The translations under genes and the position numbers were made by a program. Below are positions 39,346 to 46,745 of a stretch of DNA of 64,000 nt, piece after piece (position 1 is the first letter of the stretch; every line of letters begins with the position of its first letter). The notes under the pieces are model-generated. The model did not search any database and was not told the origin of the DNA. It saw only the letters and a program-made list of their open reading frames with translations. The stretch comes from Podarcis pityusensis (Eukaryota): NCBI GenBank assembly GCA_964106645.2, contig OZ067046.1; one strand, 5' to 3'.

Positions 39346-41501
39346 GTCACTTCATCTCCAGTTATGTCCAGAAGGAATGCTTCTGGTTTTTTAGGGAAAG
39401 TAAATTTAAAGATCTTTTTTAACTCAAAATTTCCAGGTGTATTTGCACTGCCACCACAGGTGGAGAAATGATCCCTCTGCTTCTAAGCATTTCCAGCAGA
39501 GCGTGGAACCTCTTTTACACATTTTGACCAATTTGACAGGTGTCAAATACCACCTGTAATGCATCTTTTGCATGTTTTCTCTTATCTGATAACGGGCAGA
39601 AAAGTTCATTGTTTTATTCCATATTTTCCCCCAAGCTAAGATTTTCAATGCCCAGTGTCTATTGCTCATTTTGTCATTGCCTATTTGATGAGTTCATCTT
39701 TAGTCTCCCATTCTAATATTTTTATATATTTAGATTTTTTTTGTGTGTGTTCCCTGATACCAGTTTTTCAAATTCTGATCCTCCTTGTTGCTGCCTGTAC
39801 ATCTAAGCTGCTGTTAGTGTGTTGCTGTATGATCAAAATGTCTTCTTCTTTGGTGATCACTTGTAGCCGAGTAGGATTGTCTTTCATAAACACAGTTTTA
39901 ACAATGAGTCTGTAAGTGACTCAAAATGTACAGAGACATTCACATAATTTTGCTATTACTGTAACACATATTGGATAAGATACATTTGTGGCTTTATAGT
40001 CCTTAAGGCCTTTACAAGCCCTCTAATATTGGCTTACAGAACTGTCCCTTAGATTAGAGAAGATTTCATTTTGACCCTGTTGAGCCTTTGAGTGTTGATG
40101 GAGCTGTAGTCTTACAACCTGCTAGAAGCCAGGCATGCTAAAGAGACTTTGTGTCAGGAACTGCCAGTACAGTGAATGTGCTTGCAGGGACTCTGCGGGT
40201 GGAGCAGTGAAAATGGGTAGAGAAACTAGTTCTACAATTTTAAAGGCAGTCTTTGAGGGAGAAAAAGGTAATTTGTGGTCTTTTAGGTCTGAGAAAAACG
40301 GAAGAGAAGTCTGTGCCGAGAAGAGGAAATAACAGAATTGTGGAGTCCGAAAGTGAAAGGTAATTTGTGTGCAAACATGGAATGTTTATGCAGCAACTCC
40401 TGTTTCAATTGGACAAACATTTATAATTCTCACTCATCTCCCCACCAGCAGACATTCAGCTAAATTGATCTGTTTAGTCATTTGCTGATTTACATATATA
40501 CAACAGGACTGCAGCTTTGGGTGACTTGACCCTGTGGCAGTTGAGCTGTGGGGCCCTGCAGGGCTACAAAGTTCCCTCAGTGCTTTGAAACATGTATACG
40601 AAGCTGTTTGGTGCTGCCATCATTTGGGACTTTGGGTCACCATTATGTAGGCGATACCTCGCTGTAAAGCCAGCAAAGCAAGAGCCGCTGATACGCTCTC
40701 CACGGCTCTTGCTCTAAAGCAAGAAAAGCAAGAGCTGCGCAGAGTGTGTCAGCGGCTCTTGCTCTACTTTACAGCGAGTGACGGACGGGAGCCATGGCTC
40801 CGGCTGCGGAGGCATCCCTCAGCTCGCGACTGCAGTGGCAGCCGAGGGATCCCTCTGCCATCCAGTGCATTCGCTCCATAAGACACACAGACATTTCCCC
40901 TTACTTTTTAGGAGGGAAAAAGTTCGTCTCATGGAGTGAAAAATACGGTAGGTGTTACGTAACACTGTACTGATCTTGCAGGATCCACACTTGCGGCTTA
41001 TATTATATATTGTTAATTTGTTTTGCAACCTGCCCTTTCTCCCAAAAGAGCTCATGCATGTTATCAGACCCACTTAGAAAGTCCTGAACAATTTAGGGTC
41101 TAGGGTCTGTACGGCCTCTACCAGTACCAGCCTGCCTAGGCTTTATTGGGATACTTTCATGCTGGTCCCAGGCGAGTGCTGCTTGTTGTGTGGTGATGCA
41201 AGATATGGCCATCTCTGTAGTTTCACCCCAGCTGGGGGTGGGAATGGGCAGATAAAGCAGAGGTGCATATGACCCAGAACAGAGAGGTAAAGAAGGCTGA
41301 ATTTCACACAATAATTTGCAATAACACAAATAAATGAGTGCTGCTTCTAGTTTAAAATGGTGGATTAATGATTCCTAAACCCTGTTACTTTGCAGTGAAG
41401 AAGATCAACAATCTGTTTCACTGGCAAGACCACCACGCCGAGCAAAAGCAACAGCTCTTGAAAAAACCAGAATGAATCTCTCCAAGCTTCTGGACAAATA
41501 A
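7554..41501 (+). CDS. NCAPG: NCAPG, condensin I complex subunit G (CAP-G); gene span of 21 coding exons, about 1033 aa
   Basis: Exon peptides match recalled vertebrate CAP-G (HQNHAKLV, FHEEF..YKREPAVE, AVRFRVC, PNVRIQAVLALSRLQDP, LWYNPVTEED, PRRAK..ALEK). All introns are GT-AG with consistent phases; summed CDS is 3102 nt. Confidence 0.97.
7941..8165. mobile_element. Tc1/mariner(Tigger)-like MITE
   Basis: Perfect TIR CAGTGGTACCTCGGGTTA; TA TSD; same family as 22960 and 50730. Confidence 0.88.
8610..9251 (-). mobile_element. Solo LTR (ERV or Gypsy-like)
   Basis: Termini TGTTATGAGAA...TTCTTATAACG; 4-bp TSD ATAC; TATA-like (about 8832) and AATAAA (about 8752) on - strand. Confidence 0.7.
9283..9500. 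mobile_element. Tigger-like MITE
   Basis: TIR CA(A/G)TGGAACCTTGGTT; TA TSD. Confidence 0.82.
9730..9939 (+). CDS. NCAPG: NCAPG coding exon 2 (LQDKISFHEEF...FLLE)
   Basis: ttctag| and |gtacct; 210 nt. Confidence 0.93.
10161..10289. mobile_element. hAT-type MITE
   Basis: TIR CAGGCATA; 8-bp TSD ACATAAAG. Confidence 0.85.
10824..11052 (+). CDS. NCAPG: NCAPG coding exon 3 (SHQANSSAVRFRV...CPVVN)
   Basis: ttttaag| and G|gtacgt; 229 nt. Confidence 0.93.
12348..12493 (+). CDS. NCAPG: NCAPG coding exon 4 (VYSNLIENDSNPEVR...KLAYQ)
   Basis: tgtttag| and CAG|gtaagt; 146 nt. Confidence 0.93.
13715..13799 (+). CDS. NCAPG: NCAPG coding exon 5 (VLAEKVHMK...GLNDRS)
   Basis: tttaaaag| and G|gtaaga; 85 nt. 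Confidence 0.92.
14817..15009 (+). CDS. NCAPG: NCAPG coding exon 6 (ESVKEVVQKKLLQTW...DLDE)
   Basis: taatag| and AG|gtatgt; 193 nt. Confidence 0.92.
16036..16176 (+). CDS. NCAPG: NCAPG coding exon 7 (KVIPIEKLT...ADYLQ)
   Basis: ttttcaag| and AG|gtaaag; 141 nt. Confidence 0.92.
16208..16340. mobile_element. hAT-type MITE
   Basis: TIR CAGTG(C/A)TTTTTT; 8-bp TSD GCATTAGT. Confidence 0.82.
16832..16972 (+). CDS. NCAPG: NCAPG coding exon 8 (YLQNMPV...TKEFIGQQL...EEGG)
   Basis: Weak acceptor aaaaattaag|; donor AG|gtaaga; 141 nt. Confidence 0.88.
17378..18846 (+). mobile_element. 5'-truncated L1-clade LINE with nested Tigger-like MITE (17523-17782) and hAT MITE (18019-18527)
   Basis: ORF2 C-terminal peptide (LLSAARNTIARQW..WYQIV..ALLEKLT) is rejoined on removing the MITE. 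AATAAA and A-rich tail; direct repeat TTTGCTATGTT at 17367 and 18847; hAT TSD CCCTAGGC. Confidence 0.8.
19208..19331 (+). CDS. NCAPG: NCAPG coding exon 9 (KRLLTVLQKIL...RRIQT)
   Basis: ttcttaag| and |gtaagt; 124 nt. Confidence 0.92.
19389..19450. repeat. (TG)n(AG)n compound microsatellite
   Basis: Directly visible; other (TG)n runs at 14710-14732 and 18359-18392. Confidence 0.95.
20587..20832 (+). mobile_element. tRNA-derived SINE (Squam3-like)
   Basis: A box TGGTGTAGTGG, B box GGTTTGATTCC; CORE-like GTGACCTTGGGC; (CTC)n tail. Confidence 0.8.
21534..21623 (+). CDS. NCAPG: NCAPG coding exon 10 (VAEIITEVR...KQQLK)
   Basis: Perfect branch point TACTAAC at 21510; caccag| and |gtaagt; 90 nt. 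Confidence 0.92.
21870..22000 (-). mobile_element. tRNA(Lys)/CR1-tail SINE (Squam2-like), degenerate
   Basis: CATAGAAT tail and a degenerate tRNA-Lys head; antisense of the 51126 element. Confidence 0.6.
22720..23960 (+). mobile_element. L1-clade ORF2 fragment inside CR1, itself interrupted by a Tigger-like MITE (22960-23200)
   Basis: Zn-knuckle CWKC..EGAFYHTWWTC. Confidence 0.75.
24679..25114. mobile_element. Solo LTR (Gypsy-like) inside CR1
   Basis: TGTCAGG...ATCACA termini; 5-bp TSD TCCCC; CR1 RT sequence is continuous once it is removed. Confidence 0.78.
25310..25480 (+). mobile_element. L2-like LINE 3' end
   Basis: GCTGCCC(A/G)GAGTGGCTGGGGAAAC..CAGATGGG..GGTATAAATAA family; also at about 39180-39345 (+) and 42160-42300 (-). 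Confidence 0.7.
25876..26226 (+). mobile_element. Sauria SINE, full length, inside CR1
   Basis: tRNA-like head; ACCTTT tail; TTCTGCC repeated at the flanks. Confidence 0.9.
27078..27257 (+). CDS. NCAPG: NCAPG coding exon 11 (LAEIKVKLMEAK...CMEK)
   Basis: cttccag| and AAG|gtgctg; 180 nt. Confidence 0.92.
27602..27712 (+). CDS. NCAPG: NCAPG coding exon 12 (SDPETLLKCL...IIESL)
   Basis: ttaaaaaaaag| and |gtaggt; 111 nt. Confidence 0.9.
28328..28577. mobile_element. hAT-type MITE
   Basis: TIR CAGGGGT..GCAACC; 8-bp TSD ATATATGG. Confidence 0.87.
29375..29494 (+). CDS. NCAPG: NCAPG coding exon 13 (IIPGVTNIHPAVRNLAVLCLG...LLLQ)
   Basis: tgtttag| and CAG|gtaaat; 120 nt. Confidence 0.93.
30075..30425 (+). 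mobile_element. Sauria SINE, full length
   Basis: TSD TTATTAGCATTTT at 30061 and 30424. Confidence 0.92.
30548..30796 (+). CDS. NCAPG: NCAPG coding exon 14 (VLQIDE...FLDSE)
   Basis: atgccag| and GAG|gtaagg; 249 nt. Confidence 0.93.
32006..32187 (+). CDS. NCAPG: NCAPG coding exon 15 (ISELRTVSAEGLAKLMF...FAYSN)
   Basis: tttctag| and AG|gtacga; 182 nt. Confidence 0.93.
32848..33022 (+). CDS. NCAPG: NCAPG coding exon 16 (TNQECF...NAPASSPL...RNYQ)
   Basis: atccag| and CAG|gtatgc; 175 nt. Confidence 0.93.
33140..33981. mobile_element. DNA-transposon remnant containing a Gypsy-LTR-like GC-rich segment (about 33373-33870)
   Basis: Inverted repeat CCTTTTTGGCAGCTTGGG / CCCAAGCTGCCGAAAAG; mariner-type end ...AATACGGTA; TGTGATG start and GATAAAAGG TATA-like box. 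Confidence 0.5.
34070..34422 (-). mobile_element. Sauria SINE, full length
   Basis: 14-bp TSD TATATAATAAATAG at 34056 and 34423. Confidence 0.92.
34651..34812 (+). CDS. NCAPG: NCAPG coding exon 17 (GLTVHDNLA...DEILG)
   Basis: cttttccag| and |gtaggt; 162 nt. Confidence 0.93.
35373..35568 (+). CDS. NCAPG: NCAPG coding exon 18 (KLNDKMCLRMIEK...QNGE)
   Basis: cactgcag| and G|gtaatg; 196 nt. Confidence 0.85.
35956..36169. mobile_element. Tigger-like MITE
   Basis: Same family as 5974 and 17523. Confidence 0.78.
36493..36922 (-). mobile_element. Bov-B (RTE) LINE 3' fragment
   Basis: Open peptide RVPW.ARRSN.SILKEISPECSLEG..LKLRLQYFGHLMRR.DSLEKTLMLGK; (CAA)n tail. Confidence 0.93.
36930..37410 (+). 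mobile_element. L1 3'UTR fragment with nested Tigger-like MITE (about 37105-37289)
   Basis: Similar to 18540-18840; ends TCTTTAATAAAAA. Confidence 0.65.
37701..37784 (+). CDS. NCAPG: NCAPG coding exon 19 (ENKETTQ...RKKTTK); alternative start 37698
   Basis: Tandem acceptor ttAAG-TAG|; donor G|gtattt; phase-compatible; poorly conserved tail. Confidence 0.75.
38059..38559 (-). mobile_element. Young 5'-truncated L1
   Basis: Perfect 15-bp TSD GACCAACATTTCCTT (38044 and 38560); poly-A tail; peptide ELAEMTGRIR..EEDWKKFKDYL. Confidence 0.88.
38817..39786 (-). mobile_element. L1 fragment with nested L2-like 3' end
   Basis: YRWYLTPVKL..CWKC..GSFLHLWWQC; 16-bp direct repeat GTTGCTGCCTGTACAT at 38801 and 39787. 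Confidence 0.8.
40287..40359 (+). CDS. NCAPG: NCAPG coding exon 20 (GLRKTEE...ESESE)
   Basis: cttttag| and AG|gtaatt; 73 nt; resembles recalled human GQRK...DSES. Confidence 0.8.
40655..40950. mobile_element. Mariner-type MITE fragment
   Basis: End ...AAAAATACGGTA; shares sequence with the 51418 element. Confidence 0.6.
41396..41501 (+). CDS. NCAPG: NCAPG last coding exon (EEDQQ...RPPRRAKATALEKTRMNLSKLLDK*)
   Basis: ctttgcag|; TAA 41499-41501; conserved PRRAK.ALEK motif. Confidence 0.92.
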
Positions 41502-41635
41502 TTCAACTGACCGAAAAGTAGACCAGTGCAGCTGGATGTAAACCCACTTTTAAATAATTGTATGTAAAAAACAAAGCAAAGCATACCTGCTCGGTAACTC
41601 ATTTTCTGCTTAATCCTTTTTGTGTGTGCACATGC

Positions 41636-41931
41636 AATAAATGGTTAGACTTGGGTATGCAAAGACAAATACTTTCTTCTTTAATTTTGGGAGAGTTTTT
41701 TCTGACTTGCATTTTTTTTTAAAGATTTGACAGTAGTGCACAATGTGGATGATTTGTGAATAGTACCACCTAATGAGGTTACATTGCATATCTGGCTTAA
41801 TTGCAAGCTGTATTCTGTTTCCTGCATATGGTGCAGGTGCTAACCTATTTATGGATTATAGGTCAGTTTTTTTTACCATGCAAAATGTATAAATGTACTG
41901 TTGAAGTTGCTCTTTTAAAAGATGAAATAAA
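41636..41931 (+). terminator. NCAPG: Candidate NCAPG poly(A) signals AATAAA at 41636-41641 and 41926-41931
   Basis: Canonical hexamers 135 and 425 nt after the stop codon. Confidence 0.5.
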
Positions 41932-42469
41932 GGACATTTACTGGATGTTGCTCATCTTTACCAGTTTGATGGCTGTAAGATTATTTTGGCTTCAAAGGTG
42001 GTGGTAAAAGTGGGATTATAAACATATTATGCAGAATTTTGGTAGATCGGACTGGCATAAAATTCTAGAAGTCTGAAACCTTAAAATTTCAGACTTATGG
42101 CCTTTATATTTGAGATGTATCTGAAACATAAGTCAGTTCAAGTTGCCCACTGTACCTTGCTATTATTATTATAATTATTATATTTATCCTGCCCATCTGA
42201 CTAGGTTGCCCCAGCCACTCTGGGTGGCTTCCAGCATATATAAAAACATAGTAGGACATCAAACCTTTAAAAGCTTCTTTATACAGGGCTGCCTTCTGGT
42301 GTCTCATACTGTTATTAAAAAGAAACCATTGGTGGTGGGAGTAGTGATAGAGATGGCTGATCCATTAGTCCTGGGTACACCTTGTGGGCTAGAATTCTCA
42401 TCCACTAACTGTCACGTTTCGGTGGAAAAAAAGTTAGTGCTCATAATACTTAAAGCTGTGTAAAGGCAT

Positions 42470-43519
42470 AAAATGCTGCTGTATTTTATTAGGAGTATTT
42501 TGGAAATGAGGTGGGTTTCTTTGAAATCTTGGTTGTAGAGTGAATATTGAATGGTTGATTTATATTGATTGATTGTTTAAACTGGCTGTAGGATATAATA
42601 TGCTCCATATTTGAAAACATGGTGCCAGGACTGCCTTCTCTGTGTGTGCTAGAAGTAGCAAGTAATCTATTTTTAAAACAAACTATAGACAATGTAACCA
42701 TTTTAAGACAGAAAATCCAGAATGTAGTTTATAACCATTTTAATCTTAGTTTGATGTAATTTCTACAAGTTTTCACCCCCATCACCAAACACTTAGCAAA
42801 ATGTTGATAAAATGAAGGCTTAGGAAATGACTGAGTCTGTTTTCTCTACAATCAATGGCCCTTCAGATTATTTTTTTAAAAAATGACATACATTTCATAG
42901 AATAGGTGAAAATTATGATTTAGAAAGCATACCATACATTTTAATAATTATAATCTGTAAGATTTTTAAAACCCTTTGCATTTTTATACAGCTTTGCACC
43001 AAGGTAAACTATCTACTGAATGTATGAATAACTTTTACACATCACGTTACATAAATATATTAACATCTGTGCACGAAATAAAACCAGAGAATATATCATT
43101 AGCGGCAAAAGAATAGAAAGAAATACAGCATACTGTAAAAAAGACAGTATCTCATTCTTATGACCTATACTGAAGTTGTTTCGTATTTACATGCAAAGAG
43201 TCACAGCCAACTAACAATATTCATGGTTTACTATGAAGCCACAACCCCAGCATGTCATCTCATGATCAAAAATGCTTATTCAGCAGAAAAAAACAATTGC
43301 ACACAATGTACAAAACAATAGTGCAAGAAGAGCTGCAAACTCCTTGTTCTCTTCATCTTTGAGCTTTTGGTTAAAAACTATACAGCTGACCAGAGATGCT
43401 GTTGTGAAACTTAGCTTCTACTCCATGGGTAGATTTAAGGCACATCATTATTTTCACAGGTTGGGTGCTTATCTTGTGTCAAATATGTTCCAGTTTTCTG
43501 TTTTTTTCATATGTAGAAA
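42470..43519 (-). other. LCORL: LCORL terminal exon / 3'UTR
   Basis: Acceptor cctccctctaaccag| at 43519. Translation fragments resemble the recalled C-terminus of the human short LCORL isoform. AT-rich with no recognisable TE; Pumilio element TGTAAATA 43191-43184; AATAAA on - strand at 42490-42485. Confidence 0.65.
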
Positions 43520-44497
43520 CTGGTTAGAGGGAGGACAGGAATTAAATTTAGATTAAAAATTGAAACTATCATCTAAAGTAGATGCAGCAACCTGAATTTT
43601 ATTGCACTGTCCAGAATATCAGGTTTCATTGGCTTTCTAAGTGCTGCCCTGTCCTATTGGATTGAGCTATTTGAGCATACACAGATCCCATCTCACAACT
43701 ACTATGAAATTGGATTTCCCAATCAGGAACAGGAGTCTCCAAAGTGATTAGCAGTGTCCTACTTCTCTATCTGGAAAACGTCACGAGGGTGTAGTGGTTT
43801 CGAGCAAAGTTTTAATTAACGCTTCTAAAAATGGAAAACGTTGAAACCTCTTGGGCTTTGCAGAGGCAGAAACTGTCTGCTTCCAGCGCTGGAATACTCT
43901 ACAAGCTACGGACTTATTCTACTACTCAGTACACCTAGAGACATGTATATAAAATAACTTAACAATGGTAAAGTTGTTTGGGCTTCTCAGTGCATGTATT
44001 GGAACTGCAATACATGTCTATTCTGCCTTCTAGTGCAGACGTCTAGTGCAGTCATGGGTGTGAATCTCTGTTTAGGAAAAGCTACAACTTTCTCAAGTCT
44101 GCAAATTGCACAACACATGGCTCTCTGGCTTGTAGTAAGGCACAGATGTATGTATGCTCTTGCATAACCCTCTCCCAGTAATCGGGGAGATGAGGACAAT
44201 TCTGGAATATATTTGGTTGGATCCTGAGAGCCACAAGCAGAATGACTTTTGCAGAACTTCTCTTCTCCCCCCACAAAAAATTAAAAGCTTCTGAGGGTTG
44301 GGGAACACTTTCATATAGGATTTGAGGGATTACTTACACTTACAGTTAATGGGTTCCAACCCCATTTTTGTTTTGCAATTATACATTAGGGTATTTGCTT
44401 GCTTTTAATGTAGAGCCTGTCCTGTACACTTCAAATTATTATACTTTCTATATCTTGTTTATTCTCTGGTGGCAGTGGTAGAAGGAACAGGCAACTA

Positions 44498-45034
44498 CAG
44501 TGGTGCCCCGCAAGACGAATGCCTCGCAAGACGGAAAACCCGCTAGACGAAAGGGTTTTCCGTTTTGGAGGTGCTTCGCAAAACGAATTTCCTATGTGCT
44601 TGCTTCGCAAGACGAAAATGTCTTGCGAGTTCCTGCGGGGTTTTTTTCCTTCCCCCCCCCTTTTTCCCAAGCCGCTAAACCGCTTATCAGCTGATGGCTA
44701 AGCCGCTTATCAGCTGATCTTTAAGCCGCTTAACAGCTGATGCTAAGCCGCTTATCAGCTGATCTTTAAGCCGCTTAACAGCTGATGCTAAGCCGCTTAT
44801 CAGCTGATGCTAAGCCGCTTATCAGCTGATCTTTAAGCCGCTTATCAGCTGATCTTTAAGCCGCTTATCAGCTGATCGTTAAGCCGCTTATCAGCTGATC
44901 TTTAAGCCGGCTAAGCCGCTAATACTGTAGCGCTAAGCCGCTAAACCTCTAATGGGCTTGCTTCGCAAGACGAAAAAACCCGCAAGACGAAGAGACTCGC
45001 GGAACGGATTCTTTTCGTCTTGCGAGGCACCACT
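44498..45034. mobile_element. Tigger-like MITE with internal minisatellite
   Basis: TIR CAGTGGTGCC(C/T)CGCAAGACGAA. Confidence 0.85.
44676..44905. repeat. Minisatellite, 10 units of 22-23 bp (TAAGCCGCTTATCAGCTGATCTT or ...GATGC)
   Basis: Ten CAGCTG-containing units counted directly. Confidence 0.95.
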
Positions 45035-46139
45035 TCATTAGACGTCTTTGCAGCTAATCTAAATAGCATGGATTGATGATCTGAGAGTGCAGTGCTTGAA
45101 AGTGATTTCTGCAAATATTTCAAAGGGTATGTGGGAAGGACATTGGTACCTCTGCACACTTACTATATTTCCAATAGACATGGGTAACTGAAACTCAACT
45201 GGAACTAAGCTGTGTTTATACAGGCTCTATATGCTATACTCAACAGTATTTTTAAACGCACCTGTACATCTGCCAGCAAACATTTTCAATGTTTCACTAA
45301 AACCCACACAAAATACAGAAATATTTTGTGAGGTAACTGGATGAAGTGCCCAGGTTTAGCACCTTTCAGATGAACTTACTACCAGTTGCATAATTTTAGC
45401 TCAAAAAGAAGAATGAAGGAATGCCCTTAGCCATTGAACACCATGATTCCAGGCCATGACATTCCCTTATAAAGAGCCTGGCTTTTCTGTGCAATTAAGC
45501 AGCAAGATATATTTTACTTAGTATGTTAAGTTGCACATATGTTGAAAGGTATAGTTACACTACATATTATTTTCTCCTATAAATGAGTGGCTGTTTCTTT
45601 TTTATGGAGAAATGTCAAGAGTTGCATTTGGGGACAACTATAGTATAGGCTGCTGTGTCGTGAATCTACAGGATGGGTCACTTGCTATACACCACTGGTG
45701 CGACAGGTTATGATCAATACTACTCTTAAGTAAGCCAGTGACATCACTGAGATTTTAACTCATATAAGTCCTATGCTAGTTGCTACACCTAAAACTGTGT
45801 ACATGCTCAGAACAGATTCCGATCAAACAGTATAGGAACTGGGCTGGTGGAAGCATCCAGATGTCTAATATAACTGCACAAGTCTTACAGGAATGAGTGC
45901 ATGTCTGCCATTGAGAAAAAGTCCAAAGGGGACCATCAGTTAATTCCAACCATTAAAATCCAACTTTTAAAAACGGTGGCCTACATTCAAAAGTCTTGGA
46001 TGGGGTACCAGGTACTCATGAATTGAATGGTGGCACTGGAGGCTTGGGATTTATGAGGACTAGGTGTGGGGTGTTTTTTTTCTAGTTTTGGCTGGTTCAC
46101 CAGTTAAGGTTCTGTTGGGTTGGAAATGACTTGGCCACT

Positions 46140-46701
46140 GTACTCCATGCTCTGGTAATTTCCAGATTGGATTATTGCAATATGTGGGGCTGTCCCTGAA
46201 GACAACTTGGAAACTTCAATTGGTCTAAATGCAATGCTACCAGTTCAGTTCAGATCTCATATTACTTCTGTTTTAAAACAGTTGCACTGGTTGCCAGTTC
46301 ATTTCTAGGCCCAATAAAAGGTGCAAGGTGTTTAAAAGCCCTAAACTACTCAGGTCCCAAATACCTGAAATACCATTTCCTTCTCTACAGACCCTCTCAG
46401 GTGTTAAGGTCAGCAGAGGGGGGCCTTTTTTGTTATTCCACTACCCTCAGAAGCTTGGGGGTGGCGACAGCCCGGGAGAGGGCATCTTCTATTGCAGCTC
46501 CTAAGTTGTGGAACTCCATCCCCACACATCTAAATCATACCGCTCTAGCAAATGCTGTAAACACCTCTTTTGATACCCAACATGTATATTTTTAGGATCC
46601 ATCTTATTTCTGTGATTGCAAGGAGTTTTAAACTATTTTAAGAATTGTGTTTTAATGGTTGTGACCCACCCTGAAACCTTAGGGTGAAGGATAGGTAGTA
46701 C

Positions 46702-46737
<36 letters not shown>

Positions 46738-46745
46738 ATAATAAT
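46140..46745 (+). mobile_element. Old L2 LINE 3' fragment ending in a (CTA)n microsatellite
   Basis: Degenerate SRLDYCN, LHWLP and AAPKLWNSIP motifs. Confidence 0.7.

Noticed and set aside
44676-44905. CRISPR-like array
   Set aside because: Head-to-tail repeats with no unique spacers, inside a MITE in a vertebrate genome.
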